Below are positions 9,662-20,975 of a DNA stretch of 64,000 nucleotides, piece by piece. This stretch comes from an uncultured Pelagibacteraceae bacterium. Its GTDB lineage: Bacteria > Pseudomonadota > Alphaproteobacteria > Pelagibacterales > Pelagibacteraceae. The notes under the pieces are model-generated. The model saw only the letters and a program-made list of their open reading frames with translations. It was not told the origin of the DNA and did not search any database. Position numbers and translations under genes: made by a program. How positions within the stretch are numbered: the stretch's first letter is position 1; every line of letters begins with the position of its first letter. The stretch spans positions 9,742 to 73,741 of the forward strand of contig CACIZB010000004.1 of NCBI GenBank assembly GCA_902591025.1. The letters run 5' to 3'.

Positions 9662-10267
9662 ATGCAAAAATTTAATACACTAAAAAGTATTCCTGCGTAT
9701 TTGCCAATAGTCAACATTGATACTGATATGATAATTCCTAAACAGTTTTTGAAGACAATAAAAAGAACCGGATTAGGTAAAAATTTATTTTTTGAGATGA
9801 GATATGATGACAATGGTAAAGAAATTAATGACTTCATTTTAAACAAAAGTCCGTTCAATAATTCAAAGATTTTAATAGCAGGAAAAAATTTTGGTTGCGG
9901 ATCTTCAAGAGAACATGCCCCGTGGGCATTATTAGATTTTGGTATCACGTGTGTGATAAGTTCAAGTTTTGCAGATATTTTTTTTAACAATTGTTTTAAA
10001 AATGGGATTTTACCGATTATCCTTGATGATGAAAAAATAAAAGAATTATCAGAGTATGCAAATAGAAAAGAAGAAATTTCAATAGACCTCAATGAAGAAA
10101 AAATATTTTATGGAAATAATGAACTAAAATTTAATGTAGACGCTTTTAAAAAAAAATGCCTTTTAGAAGGATTAGACGACATCGCTTTATCGCTAAATAA
10201 ATCTGATAAAATTGAGAATTTTGAAAAGAATCTGAAAAATGAAAAACCATGGATCTTCAATGATTAA
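9662..10267 (+). CDS. leuD: 3-isopropylmalate dehydratase small subunit
   Basis: [28 protein letters not shown]. Confidence 0.98.
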   Translation: MQKFNTLKSIPAYLPIVNIDTDMIIPKQFLKTIKRTGLGKNLFFEMRYDDNGKEINDFILNKSPFNNSKILIAGKNFGCGSSREHAPWALLDFGITCVISSSFADIFFNNCFKNGILPIILDDEKIKELSEYANRKEEISIDLNEEKIFYGNNELKFNVDAFKKKCLLEGLDDIALSLNKSDKIENFEKNLKNEKPWIFND

Positions 10268-11366
10268 AGTAAAAAAAAGAAAAATATTGTTACTACCTGG
10301 TGATGGAATTGGCCCAGAGGTAATCAGTGAGGTCAAAAAGATAATAAATTGGTTCAATGATAAAAGATCATTAGATTTTGAAATTGATGAGGATTTGGCC
10401 GGTGGATGTTCTTATGATAAACATGGCACACCAATTACAGATGAAGTTTTCTATAAGGCTCTTGAAAGTGCAGTAATTATGCTTGGTGCTGTTGGTGGTC
10501 CTAAGTGGGATGGTGTAGAATTTTCGAAAAAACCTGAGAGAGCACTTTTAAAATTAAGAAAAGAGCTAAAACTCTTTGCAAACTTAAGACCAGCAATTTG
10601 TTTTAAGCAATTGGTCGATGCTTCAACTTTAAAACCTGAAATTGTCTCAGGTTTAGATATAATGATAGTTAGAGAGTTGACAGGAGGAATATATTTTGGT
10701 GAACCTAGGGGAATAAAACCAATTGAAAATGGTGAAAGAAAAGGAATAAATACTCATATATATACAAGCAGTGAAATTATAAGAGTTGCTAGAATTGCTT
10801 TTGATCTAGCGAAGAAAAGATCTAACAAAGTTACATCTTGTGAAAAATCAAATGTAATGGAAGCAGGTCAACTTTGGAAAGAGGAAGTACAGTCACTACA
10901 TGATAAAGAATATAAAGATGTTGAATTGAAACATATGCTTGCAGATAATTGTTCAATGCAATTACTGAGAAATCCGAAACAATTTGATGTAATTGTGACA
11001 GATAATCTTTTTGGGGATATGTTATCTGATCAAGCATCGATGTTAACAGGTTCATTAGGGCTTTTACCTTCCGCTTCACTAGGAGCTAAAAATAAAGATG
11101 GAGAAATGAGAGCTATGTACGAGCCAATACATGGATCTGCTCCTGATATTGCTGGTAAAGGAATCGCAAACCCTATAGCTTCAATATTAAGTTTTGCTAT
11201 GGCGCTGAGGTATTCTCTAGAACTAGACAAAGAGGCAGATACATTAGAAAAAGCGGTCCAAATAGTGCTAAACGAGGGTTTAAGGACAAAAGATATTTTA
11301 TCAAAAGGAGCAAAAGAAGTATCAACATCCGAAATGGGTGATGCGATCATTTCAAAATTGCAATAA
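10260..11366 (+). CDS. leuB: 3-isopropylmalate dehydrogenase
   Basis: [32 protein letters not shown]. Start at ATG10260. Confidence 0.97.
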   Translation: MIKVKKRKILLLPGDGIGPEVISEVKKIINWFNDKRSLDFEIDEDLAGGCSYDKHGTPITDEVFYKALESAVIMLGAVGGPKWDGVEFSKKPERALLKLRKELKLFANLRPAICFKQLVDASTLKPEIVSGLDIMIVRELTGGIYFGEPRGIKPIENGERKGINTHIYTSSEIIRVARIAFDLAKKRSNKVTSCEKSNVMEAGQLWKEEVQSLHDKEYKDVELKHMLADNCSMQLLRNPKQFDVIVTDNLFGDMLSDQASMLTGSLGLLPSASLGAKNKDGEMRAMYEPIHGSAPDIAGKGIANPIASILSFAMALRYSLELDKEADTLEKAVQIVLNEGLRTKDILSKGAKEVSTSEMGDAIISKLQ

Positions 11367-11392
11367 TTAATTAATTATCTTAAACTTACTAT

Positions 11393-13156
11393 ATGCCAAG
11401 CTATACTGCACCTGTAGAAGATATGATGTTTCTTTTTGAAAAATTAAGAAACAACGAAAAATATAACGAGTTAGAAAAATATAAAGAGGTTACTTCTGAT
11501 TTAGTTAAAGATATTTTACAAGAAGCAGCAAAAATCAATCAAAATCTAATTTTACCATTAGCAAAAGTCGGAGATGAAAATCCTGCTGTCTTAGAAAATG
11601 GCGTAGTTAGAACACCGCCAGGTTATAAAGAAGCATATAAAAAATATATAGAGGATGGATGGACATCTTTATCTTGTGATCCAAAATATGGAGGACAGGG
11701 TATGCCAAAAACAGTGAGTGCATTTTTTGATGAAATGCTATCTTCTGCCAGCTTGTCTTTTAAACTTTATAGTGAACTTAGTATTGGTGCCTATAATTGC
11801 ATTAATCATCATGCAAATGATGATATTAAAAATAAATATTTACCAAAAATAGTTGAAGGTAAATGGAGTGGCACAATGTGTTTAACCGAACCAGTTTGTG
11901 GTACTGATTTAGGTTTACTTAAAACAAAAGCAAAAAAACAATCTGATGGAACTTATAAATTAACTGGACAAAAAATTTTTATTACCTCCGGCGATCATGA
12001 TCTGACTGAAAATATTATTCATTTAGTTTTAGCTAGAGCTGATGATTCTCCAGATGGCACCAAAGGAATAAGTTTGTTCTTAGTTCCAAAATTTATTGTT
12101 AAAGATGATGGGACTATTGGGCCAAGAAATGGAGTGTCCACAGGGTCAATTGAAACTAAAATGGGGATAAAAGGATCAGCTACTTGTGTTTTAAATTTTG
12201 ATGATGCGATTGGATATATGATTGGTGCTAAAGAAAAAGGTCTAAGCGCTATGTTTACAATGATGAATCTCGAGAGAATAGTTGTTGGTATTCAAGGTTT
12301 AGGCATTTCAGAAATTGCTTATCAAAATTCTTTGTCCTATGCAAAAGAGAGAAAACAAGGAAAAACAAACAATTCAAAATCAAAAAATGGAGCTGATTTT
12401 ATTATTGAGCATGCTGATATTAGAAGAACATTGTTAAACATGAAATCAATTATCGAAGGTGAAAGAGCTTTATGTTTTTGGTTATCCCAACAAACAGAGG
12501 TGAGCCTGTATCATCCAGAAGAAAAAATTCGTCAAGAAGCATCTGACTATGTATCTTTAATGACACCTGTGGTTAAATCACTATTCACAGATCTAGCAAT
12601 GGAAATTACAAGCGATGCAATGCAAATTTATGGAGGCTATGGTTACACCAAAGATCAAGGTATTGAACAATTATATAGAGATAACAGAATTACACCCATC
12701 TACGAAGGCACTAATTCAGTTCAAGCTGCTGACCTAGTTTTTAGAAAATTATCAAACAAAAATGGGAATATAATTGACAAATTTTTAGAACAGGTAAAAT
12801 CTGAATGTAATTCAAACAATGAAAAAATTGAACCCTTTATATCAGAATTCAATAATTATCTTAGTACATTAAAAAAATTTAGTAACTGGATGATTGATAA
12901 AGCAAAAACTCAAAAAGATGATGTAAGTGCAGCCGCAAATGATTATTTGAAAACCTTAGGTTATGTCTCTATTGCATATGCTTGGATTAAGGTTCTTGAA
13001 GTAAGTTTTAAAGACTACAACGAAAATAAAAATTTCTACAATGAAAAAATAGAGACTGCTAGGTTTTATTTTGATAAAGTATTGCCAAGAGTTGAACAAC
13101 ATTACAAGTCAGCTATTTCTGGTAGCTCAAATTTAATGAATTTCAAATTTAATTAA
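11393..13156 (+). CDS. dmdC: Acyl-CoA dehydrogenase, likely 3-methylmercaptopropionyl-CoA dehydrogenase
   Basis: GTMCLTEP..GTDLG, KIFITSGDHDLTENI.HLVLAR and IYEGTN mark the long ACAD family. Clustered with dmdA and dmdB. Confidence 0.85.
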   Translation: MPSYTAPVEDMMFLFEKLRNNEKYNELEKYKEVTSDLVKDILQEAAKINQNLILPLAKVGDENPAVLENGVVRTPPGYKEAYKKYIEDGWTSLSCDPKYGGQGMPKTVSAFFDEMLSSASLSFKLYSELSIGAYNCINHHANDDIKNKYLPKIVEGKWSGTMCLTEPVCGTDLGLLKTKAKKQSDGTYKLTGQKIFITSGDHDLTENIIHLVLARADDSPDGTKGISLFLVPKFIVKDDGTIGPRNGVSTGSIETKMGIKGSATCVLNFDDAIGYMIGAKEKGLSAMFTMMNLERIVVGIQGLGISEIAYQNSLSYAKERKQGKTNNSKSKNGADFIIEHADIRRTLLNMKSIIEGERALCFWLSQQTEVSLYHPEEKIRQEASDYVSLMTPVVKSLFTDLAMEITSDAMQIYGGYGYTKDQGIEQLYRDNRITPIYEGTNSVQAADLVFRKLSNKNGNIIDKFLEQVKSECNSNNEKIEPFISEFNNYLSTLKKFSNWMIDKAKTQKDDVSAAANDYLKTLGYVSIAYAWIKVLEVSFKDYNENKNFYNEKIETARFYFDKVLPRVEQHYKSAISGSSNLMNFKFN

Positions 13157-14779
13157 ATGAGCCATTACGATACTAACTTGGACAAAAATAATGCCAATTA
13201 TGTACCACTAACGCCATTGACTTTTTTAAAAAGAGCTAAAGAAATTTACCCAAACTATGAAGCAGTTATTTATGAGGATAGAAAATATAACTGGGATCAG
13301 GTTTATAAACGAACTGTAAAATTTGCAAGTGCACTTAATAAAATTGGAGTTAGAAAAGGTGATACAGTCTCATTTTTAGCTTTTAACACTCCTGAAATAT
13401 TTGAAGGTCATTATTCTGTGCCAATGACAGGAGCAGTATTAAACACAATAAATATTAGATTAGATGCAAAAACTATTGCGTATATTTTAGATCATAGTGA
13501 AGCAAAAGTATTAGTTGTAGATAGACAACTTCATTTGGAAGTAAAAAAAGCGTTAAACGCTTTAAAAAAAAAAATTATAATAATTGATATAAATGATAAA
13601 TTTGCAGATCAATCAAAGTGTGAAAAAATAGGTGACCTAGAGTACGAAAGTTTTTTGAACACCGGTGATGAAAATTACGATTGGAAAATGCCAGAGGACG
13701 AATGGCAAGCAATATCACTAAGTTATACGTCTGGAACTACAGGAAACCCGAAAGGTGTAGTGTATCATCACAGAGGATCATATTTAATGTCCACTGGAAG
13801 TGCAGTAGCCTGGAATATGCCTAATAGATTAAATTTTTTAACTATAGTGCCAATGTTTCATTGTAACGGATGGGGTTATCCATGGACTGTACCTATGTTA
13901 AATGGAAGGACTATTTGTTTAAGGAATATAGATGTTAAAAAAATATTTGAACTAATAGATGAATATAATGTAACTCATTTCGGTGGAGCACCCATTGTAT
14001 TGAATATGATCACTGGCGCCCCTGAGACCGATAAAAAAAAATTAAAACAAAAAGTGCACGTTCTTACAGCTGGAGCTCCACCTCCAAGTATAATTTTTAA
14101 AAAAATGAATGAACTTGGATTTGAAGTAATGCATGTTTATGGACTAACAGAGACTTATGGACACGTCACACAGTGTGCTTGGAATGATGCTTGGAGTGAC
14201 TACGACGAGGAAAAACAAAATGAAATCAAAGCAAGGCAAGGAGTGAGATACCCAAATACCGAAGGAATTGCAGTCATGGATCCAGAGACAATGAAAGAAG
14301 TACCTAAAGATGGAAAAACTATTGGTGAAATCATGATTAAAGGAAATATTGTAATGAAAGGATATTTTAAAGATAAAGATGCAACGTTTAAAGCTATGAA
14401 TGGAGGATGGTTTCATTCTGGAGACTTAGCTGTAATGCATCCTGATGGATATGTTAAAATTCAAGACAGATCAAAAGATATAATAATCTCAGGTGGTGAA
14501 AATATATCTTCTATTGAAATAGAGAATACTTTAGCTAAACATCCATCAGTATCAATTGCTGCGGTAGTAGCTAAACCGGATGAAAAATGGGGCGAAGTAC
14601 CTTGTGCTTTTATTGAAATGATCAAGGATAAACCGGTGACAGAAAAAGAGCTCATAAGTTTTTGTAAAGAAACGCTCGCAGGATTTAAGGTACCTAAACA
14701 AGTTATTTTTTGCGATTTACCAAAAACATCTACTGGTAAAATTCAAAAATTTGAGTTAAGGAAAATTTTAGGTAAGTAA
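13157..14779 (+). CDS. dmdB: AMP-dependent CoA ligase, likely 3-methylmercaptopropionate-CoA ligase
   Basis: YTSGTTGNPKG, YGLTETYG, SGDL, RSKDIIISGGENISSIE. Context with dmdA. Confidence 0.85.
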   Translation: MSHYDTNLDKNNANYVPLTPLTFLKRAKEIYPNYEAVIYEDRKYNWDQVYKRTVKFASALNKIGVRKGDTVSFLAFNTPEIFEGHYSVPMTGAVLNTINIRLDAKTIAYILDHSEAKVLVVDRQLHLEVKKALNALKKKIIIIDINDKFADQSKCEKIGDLEYESFLNTGDENYDWKMPEDEWQAISLSYTSGTTGNPKGVVYHHRGSYLMSTGSAVAWNMPNRLNFLTIVPMFHCNGWGYPWTVPMLNGRTICLRNIDVKKIFELIDEYNVTHFGGAPIVLNMITGAPETDKKKLKQKVHVLTAGAPPPSIIFKKMNELGFEVMHVYGLTETYGHVTQCAWNDAWSDYDEEKQNEIKARQGVRYPNTEGIAVMDPETMKEVPKDGKTIGEIMIKGNIVMKGYFKDKDATFKAMNGGWFHSGDLAVMHPDGYVKIQDRSKDIIISGGENISSIEIENTLAKHPSVSIAAVVAKPDEKWGEVPCAFIEMIKDKPVTEKELISFCKETLAGFKVPKQVIFCDLPKTSTGKIQKFELRKILGK

Positions 14780-15556
14780 TTGATATTCCAAATAGAAAAA
14801 CAAAATATATATGCATCTGATGCAGGACAAGGAATAGATGTAAAAAAAAAAACTATGGTATTCCTTCATGGGAGTGGCCTTTCGCACATCGTTTGGTCTT
14901 TAACTGAGCAATTTTTTTTCAATAAAAATTTTAATGTACTATCGCTTGATTTACCTGGTCATGGAAATTCAGATGGACCTTGTTTAGATAGTATAGAAAA
15001 AATTGCTGACTGGTTAGAGGAGGTATTTAAAAAATTGAATTTGAATGATTTAATTTTGGTTGGTCATTCTCAAGGATGCTTAGAAATACTTGAGTATGCT
15101 CATAAATATAAGAGTAGATTAAAAAAGCTGATTTTTGTGGGAGGCTCAAATAAAATGCCAGTTCATCCTGATCTAATTGAGCTAGCAAAAAATGGTGACT
15201 CTGATGCAATTAAATTAATGATGAAATGGGGTTATGAAGGTTCAAAAAAATTTATAGGTGGTAATCCGGTAGAAAAAATAATTCAATCACCAAGAGATAT
15301 AAGTGAAATTTTAGCCGTAGATCTTATTGCATGCAATAATTACTTAAATGGTTTTGAGGCTGCTAAAAAGATAAATTTACCATCATTAGTGATTTTAGGA
15401 GAATTAGACAAAATGGTTAATTTAGAATCAGGAAAAAAATTTTCAAATTTGCTTGAAAATTCGACGACTCATATAATTAATGAGTGTGGGCATATGATTA
15501 TGATTGAAAAAGCTTTTGAAATGCGAGAAAAGATTTTAAAATTTTTAGAGTCATGA
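14780..15556 (+). CDS. Alpha/beta fold hydrolase inside the dmd cluster
   Basis: FLHGSG, DLPGHG.S, nucleophile elbow GHSQG, G..D (GELD) and C-terminal GH. TTG start abuts the dmdB stop and the stop overlaps the dmdA start. Confidence 0.85.
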   Translation: MIFQIEKQNIYASDAGQGIDVKKKTMVFLHGSGLSHIVWSLTEQFFFNKNFNVLSLDLPGHGNSDGPCLDSIEKIADWLEEVFKKLNLNDLILVGHSQGCLEILEYAHKYKSRLKKLIFVGGSNKMPVHPDLIELAKNGDSDAIKLMMKWGYEGSKKFIGGNPVEKIIQSPRDISEILAVDLIACNNYLNGFEAAKKINLPSLVILGELDKMVNLESGKKFSNLLENSTTHIINECGHMIMIEKAFEMREKILKFLES

Positions 15557-16662
15557 AAAGTTATTCACTAGCAAAATCAAGAAGAGTAAGAAGCTCGCCG
15601 TATACTTCAAGAATAGAAAAACAGGGTGTAACAGCTTATACTGTTTATAATCACATGTTATTACCTGCAGCATTTGGATCTATTGAAGATTCGTGCACTC
15701 ATCTTAAAAAAGATGTTCAAGTCTGGGACGTTGCTGCTGAAAGACAAGTTGAAATAAAAGGAAAAGATGCAGCTAAACTTGTGCAATTAATGACTTGTAG
15801 AGATTTATCAAAATCAAAAATACGCAGATGCTATTATTGTCCAATAATTGACGATCAAGGTAATTTAGTAAATGATCCTGTAATTCTTAAATTAGCAGAG
15901 GATAGATGGTGGATTTCAATTGCTGACTCCGATGTCATTTTTTTTGCAAAAGGTCTTGCCTCTGGGAATGATTTTGATGTTCAAATTTTCGAACCAAATG
16001 TAGATATTATGGCGGTTCAAGGACCAAAATCATTCGACTTAATGGAAAAAGTTTTTGGTAAAAAAATTAAGGAATTAAAATTTTTTGGTTTTGATCTTTA
16101 TGAATTTAAAGGTGTTAAACATTTAATTGCTAGATCTGGATGGTCTAAACAAGGAGGATTTGAGGTATATGTGGAAAATACTCAGTCAGGCTTAGATCTA
16201 TATGATTATTTTTTTGAAGTTGGACAAGAATTTAATTTAAAGGCTGGTTGTCCTAATCTTATTGAAAGAATTGAGAGTGGTCTTTTATCTTATGGAAATG
16301 ATTTTGATAATAATGATAACCCTTTTGAATGTGGTTTTGAAAAATATGTAAACTTAGACTCAGATGTATCTTTCTTAGGGAAGGAAAAATTAAAAGAAAT
16401 TAAAAAGAATGGAGTAAAAAGAAAACTAATGGGAGTTTTTATTGATATTGATAAAATTAACTTAACCAAGTCTATAGATATAAAAGATGACAAAGGTAAT
16501 TTTATTGGAGAACTAAGATCAGCTTGCTATTCACCTCATTTCAAAAAAGCTATTGGTATAGCAATGATAAATGAGCCTTATTGTAAAGCAGCAATGACTG
16601 GAATGATGGAAATTGAAGGTAAATCTTTAGTTGTAAAAGTTTGCGATTTGCCTTTCATCTAG
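15553..16662 (+). CDS. dmdA: DMSP demethylase (GcvT family)
   Basis: [44 protein letters not shown] and [17 protein letters not shown] match SAR11-type DmdA. 369 aa. Confidence 0.93.
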   Translation: MKSYSLAKSRRVRSSPYTSRIEKQGVTAYTVYNHMLLPAAFGSIEDSCTHLKKDVQVWDVAAERQVEIKGKDAAKLVQLMTCRDLSKSKIRRCYYCPIIDDQGNLVNDPVILKLAEDRWWISIADSDVIFFAKGLASGNDFDVQIFEPNVDIMAVQGPKSFDLMEKVFGKKIKELKFFGFDLYEFKGVKHLIARSGWSKQGGFEVYVENTQSGLDLYDYFFEVGQEFNLKAGCPNLIERIESGLLSYGNDFDNNDNPFECGFEKYVNLDSDVSFLGKEKLKEIKKNGVKRKLMGVFIDIDKINLTKSIDIKDDKGNFIGELRSACYSPHFKKAIGIAMINEPYCKAAMTGMMEIEGKSLVVKVCDLPFI

Positions 16663-16677
16663 TATAAAACTTAAATC

Positions 16678-17685
16678 ATGAATATTGCAATAGTAGGAGC
16701 AACCGGAAATGTTGGAAGAAAAACTTTAGAAGTTCTGGAAAAAAAAGAACTTTCTATTAATAATATTTATTTAATTGCCTCGTCAAAAAGCGCAGGTAAG
16801 AAAATAAGATTTAAAGGTAAAGATCATGAAGTTTTTGATCTAGAAAGTTTTGATTTTTCTAAAGTGAAAATTACTTTTTTTGCAGCTGGGGGAAAAGTTA
16901 CAGAAAAATTTGCAGAAAAAGCTGCTAAGCACTCTTTGGTGATAGATAACTCAAGTTTTTATAGGATGGACCCAAGCGTACCATTAATCGTTCCCCAGGT
17001 TAATTCAAATCACTTAAACAATATAAAAAAAAATATTATTGCGAATCCAAATTGTTCAACAGCTCAATTAGTAATTGCACTGAAACCTCTACATGATGAA
17101 TTTGTAATAAAAAGAATAGTTGTTTCGACATATCAATCTGTTTCAGGTGGTGGTAAAGCACCAATGGATGAACTGATTGAGCAGACTAAATCAGTCTTAG
17201 ATGGTAAAAAAGTAAAGTCTAAAAATTTTACAAAACAAATTGCCTTCAATGCAATTCCTCATATTGATGTATTTTCGGATGATGGTTATACAAAAGAAGA
17301 ACTGAAAATGAGCAATGAAACAAAAAAAATTCTTGATGAAAAAATTGATTTAACAGCAACATGTGTGAGACTGCCTATATCTGTTTCACACTCGGAGTCG
17401 GTAAATATACAATTTGAGAAATCCTTTACTCTTGAAAAAGTTAGAGATCTATTAAATAGTTTTGATGGCTGTAAGGTAATTGATGAAAGAACTGACGGCG
17501 GATACACAACTCCTTTAGAGGCTGAAGGCAAAAATGAGACATTTATATCAAGGATCAGAGAAGATAAAACAATCAATAATGGATTAAACTTATGGATCGT
17601 TTCTGATAATCTTTTAAGAGGAGCAGCTTTAAATGCTGTAGAGATTGCAGAAACATTAATTAAAAATGATTTTTATGGAAAATAA
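16678..17685 (+). CDS. asd: Aspartate-semialdehyde dehydrogenase
   Basis: VGATGNVG, IANPNCST, STYQSVSG, DNLLRGAALNAV. Confidence 0.97.
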   Translation: MNIAIVGATGNVGRKTLEVLEKKELSINNIYLIASSKSAGKKIRFKGKDHEVFDLESFDFSKVKITFFAAGGKVTEKFAEKAAKHSLVIDNSSFYRMDPSVPLIVPQVNSNHLNNIKKNIIANPNCSTAQLVIALKPLHDEFVIKRIVVSTYQSVSGGGKAPMDELIEQTKSVLDGKKVKSKNFTKQIAFNAIPHIDVFSDDGYTKEELKMSNETKKILDEKIDLTATCVRLPISVSHSESVNIQFEKSFTLEKVRDLLNSFDGCKVIDERTDGGYTTPLEAEGKNETFISRIREDKTINNGLNLWIVSDNLLRGAALNAVEIAETLIKNDFYGK

Positions 17686-18058
17686 GTCCCCGTTATCTCC
17701 ACATATTCAAATTTACAAATGGCATATATCATCATTAGTTTCCATTTCACACAGAATAACAGGAATAATCAATATCATAGGCGTTACTTTTATTTGTGTG
17801 TTGGCCTCACTGTTATCCTTAGGTGAAAGTAATTATGAAGTGACTTATTTATTTTTAAGCTCTCGAATTGGTAAGTTTTTAATTTTAGGACTCACCTGGT
17901 CTTTTTCTTTTCAAATTTTAAGTGAAATAAGACATTTAATTATGGATTTAGGCTATGGATTTGAACTTAAAACATCAAAAATAACTGGTTTAATAGTAAT
18001 ATGTGGATCAATTGTTTTAACAGTAACATTTTATTTAATTGGAAAAAATTTTCTTTAA
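17675..18058 (+). CDS. sdhC: Succinate dehydrogenase cytochrome b556 subunit
   Basis: PLSPHIQIY, SISHRITG, IRHLIMDLG. Confidence 0.93.
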   Translation: MENKSPLSPHIQIYKWHISSLVSISHRITGIINIIGVTFICVLASLLSLGESNYEVTYLFLSSRIGKFLILGLTWSFSFQILSEIRHLIMDLGYGFELKTSKITGLIVICGSIVLTVTFYLIGKNFL

Positions 18059-18382
18059 ATGATTAATGCAACTAAAAAATGGATTTTTTTAAAAATTAGT
18101 GGTGCTTTATTGGTGCCGTTGATGATATGGTTTATCATAAATTTCATTGCAATATACGATCAAGATTTTAATGCAATTAAAATTTTTTTCACAAGTTCTG
18201 TGTCAAAATTTTTATTCAGTATTTTTATAATAAATGCATATTTTTTCTCTGCATTGAGTATAAGTGAGGTTTTTGAGGATTATATTAAAAATAATAAAAT
18301 CAAAAATGTCGCAAATAAGCTTTTATTTGCATCAGGTGTGGTAATTCCATCAATTACAATTATATTAATATCTACAATATGA
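18059..18382 (+). CDS. sdhD: Succinate dehydrogenase hydrophobic anchor subunit
   Basis: Three TM segments and an EDY motif. Lies between sdhC and sdhA. Confidence 0.85.
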   Translation: MINATKKWIFLKISGALLVPLMIWFIINFIAIYDQDFNAIKIFFTSSVSKFLFSIFIINAYFFSALSISEVFEDYIKNNKIKNVANKLLFASGVVIPSITIILISTI

Positions 18383-20154
18383 GTTCATATAAAATAATAA
18401 ATCATGAATATGATGTCGTAGTTCTGGGTGCAGGTGGATCAGGATTAAGGGCTGCAGTGGGACTTAGTGAGGCAGGTTTGAAGACTGCTTGTATCTCAAA
18501 AGTTTTTCCAACAAGAAGTCATACATCCGCTGCTCAAGGTGGAATTTCTGCCGCTTTAGGAAATATGGGTGAGGACGATTGGCGTTGGCATATGTATGAC
18601 ACCGTTAAAGGTGCTGATTGGTTAGGAGACCAAGACAGTATTGAATACCTGTGCAAAGAAGCGCCTAAAGCTGTTATTGAATTAGAAAAATATGGTGTTC
18701 CTTTTAGCAGAACAGATGATGGAAAAATTTATCAAAGACCTTTTGGTGGAATGACAAAAAATTATGGAAATGGAATAGTTCAAAGAACATGTGCAGCTGC
18801 TGATAGGACAGGACATGCAATTTTACATACCTTGTATGGTCAAGCTTTAAAACATAAAACTGAATTTTTTATTGAATATTTTGCTCTAGACTTGTTAATG
18901 AAAGATGGTGAGTGTAAAGGTTTAATTGCTTGGAACCTTAATGATGGAACTATACATAGATTTAGAGCACATTCTGTAATCATAGCCACTGGTGGTTATG
19001 GTAAAGTTTACTACTCAGCAACATCAGCACATACTTGCACAGGAGATGGTAATGCTATGGTTTTAAGAGCAGGTTTGCCATTACAAGATATGGAATTTGT
19101 GCAGTTTCATCCTACAGGAATATATGGACATGGAACACTAATTACTGAAGGTGCGCGAGGTGAAGGTGGATATTTAACTAACTCCAAAGGTGAGAGATTC
19201 ATGGAAAGATATGCGCCAAAAGCAAAAGATTTAGCTTCAAGAGATGTAGTAAGTAGATCTATGTCAATCGAAATTAATGAAGGAAGAGGTGTAGGAAAGG
19301 ATCAGGACCATGTTCATTTAAATCTAAGTCACTTAGACAAAGAAATAATAGAAAGTAGACTTCCAGGAATAACTGATGCAGCAAGACTTTTTGCAAATGT
19401 TGATGTTACAAAAGAACCAATACCAGTAGTGCCTACTGTACATTACAATATGGGTGGTATTCCGACAAACTATAAAGGTGAAGTTCTAACAGTTAACGGA
19501 TCAGAAAAAACTGTGCCAGGCTTAATGGCTATTGGTGAAGCCGCATGTGTTTCAGTTCATGGTGCTAATAGACTGGGATCTAACTCATTAATAGATTTGG
19601 TAGTTTTCGGAAGAGCTGCTGCAAAGAGAGCTTCAGAACTTATCAAACCAGGAACCCCTCATGATGAAATTAGTGAACAAGAAACAGAAAAATGCCTTGA
19701 TAGATTTGATAAAATCAGAAATGCAAATGGCGATATAGGTACAGCAGAATTGAGATTATCAATGCAAAAAACGATGCAATCAAAATGTGCAGTTTTTAGA
19801 ACTGAAAAAACATTAAAAGAGGGAGTTGATGAAATTAGAAAAACTTATGATGGTTTAAACTCTTTATCGGTGAAAGACAAATCTTTGATATTTAATACTG
19901 ATCTAGTAGAAACTTTAGAATTTGATAACTTAATTAGACAAGCTGTAGTGACAGTTGACTCTGCATATCATAGAAAAGAAAGTAGAGGAGCTCATGCAAG
20001 AGAAGATTTTCCTAAAAGAGATGATGAAAAGTTTATGCAACATACTCTTGCTTGGTACGATGGTAAAAAAACAAAAATAAGCTATAGAGAAGTTCATAAA
20101 TCTACATTAACTAATGAAGTTCAGTATTTTCCTCCTCAAGAGAGAGTTTATTAA
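18379..20154 (+). CDS. sdhA: Succinate dehydrogenase flavoprotein
   Basis: [34 protein letters not shown]. Confidence 0.98.
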   Translation: MSSYKIINHEYDVVVLGAGGSGLRAAVGLSEAGLKTACISKVFPTRSHTSAAQGGISAALGNMGEDDWRWHMYDTVKGADWLGDQDSIEYLCKEAPKAVIELEKYGVPFSRTDDGKIYQRPFGGMTKNYGNGIVQRTCAAADRTGHAILHTLYGQALKHKTEFFIEYFALDLLMKDGECKGLIAWNLNDGTIHRFRAHSVIIATGGYGKVYYSATSAHTCTGDGNAMVLRAGLPLQDMEFVQFHPTGIYGHGTLITEGARGEGGYLTNSKGERFMERYAPKAKDLASRDVVSRSMSIEINEGRGVGKDQDHVHLNLSHLDKEIIESRLPGITDAARLFANVDVTKEPIPVVPTVHYNMGGIPTNYKGEVLTVNGSEKTVPGLMAIGEAACVSVHGANRLGSNSLIDLVVFGRAAAKRASELIKPGTPHDEISEQETEKCLDRFDKIRNANGDIGTAELRLSMQKTMQSKCAVFRTEKTLKEGVDEIRKTYDGLNSLSVKDKSLIFNTDLVETLEFDNLIRQAVVTVDSAYHRKESRGAHAREDFPKRDDEKFMQHTLAWYDGKKTKISYREVHKSTLTNEVQYFPPQERVY

Positions 20155-20933
20155 TGGTACAAATAAGTTTACCTGAAAACTCAAAAGTTAATAAAGGTAA
20201 ATATTTTAAAGATAAAACTGGATCAAAAAATTTAAGAAAAGTAAATGTATATAGATGGGATCCATCTTCAGGTGAAAATCCAAGAGTTGACACATATGAA
20301 GTTGATATGGATAACTGTCCGTCCAAAGTTTTAGATATTTTAAATAAAATTAAAAATGAAATAGACCCTACTCTTGCATACAGACGATCATGTGCGCATG
20401 GTGTATGTGGATCTTGTGCCATGAATATGGATGGTAAAAATGGCCTGGCTTGCACCACGCCTCATAAAAATATTGAAGGAGATATTAATATTTATCCATT
20501 ACCACATTTAAAAGTAAAAAAGGATTTAATTGGTGATTTAGACGGATTATATAGACAATATAAATCTATTGAACCTTGGTTAAAATCAAGTTCAAAATCT
20601 GAGGAGGCTGAAATAATTCAATCAAAAGAAGAAAGAGCTAAACTTGATGGAGCTTATGAATGTATAATGTGTGCTTGTTGCTCCACCTCTTGCCCAAGCT
20701 ATTGGTGGAATGGAGATAAGTATTTGGGTCCAGCAGTTTTACTTCAGGCTTATAGATGGATCATAGATAGCAGAGATGAGGAAAGACAAGCTAGACTAAA
20801 GAAAGTAGCCGATGAACTTAAATTATATCGTTGCCACACAATTCTGAACTGTACAAATGCATGCCCTAAAGGTTTGAACCCTGCAAAGGCTATTGCTGAA
20901 ATAAAAAAAATGTTAGCAACAGCTAATATTTAA
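20154..20933 (+). CDS. sdhB: Succinate dehydrogenase iron-sulfur subunit
   Basis: [34 protein letters not shown]. Confidence 0.98.
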   Translation: MVQISLPENSKVNKGKYFKDKTGSKNLRKVNVYRWDPSSGENPRVDTYEVDMDNCPSKVLDILNKIKNEIDPTLAYRRSCAHGVCGSCAMNMDGKNGLACTTPHKNIEGDINIYPLPHLKVKKDLIGDLDGLYRQYKSIEPWLKSSSKSEEAEIIQSKEERAKLDGAYECIMCACCSTSCPSYWWNGDKYLGPAVLLQAYRWIIDSRDEERQARLKKVADELKLYRCHTILNCTNACPKGLNPAKAIAEIKKMLATANI

Positions 20934-20975
20934 ACAATAGACTATTAAGAATTTTTATTCTAAAAGAGCCTATTC

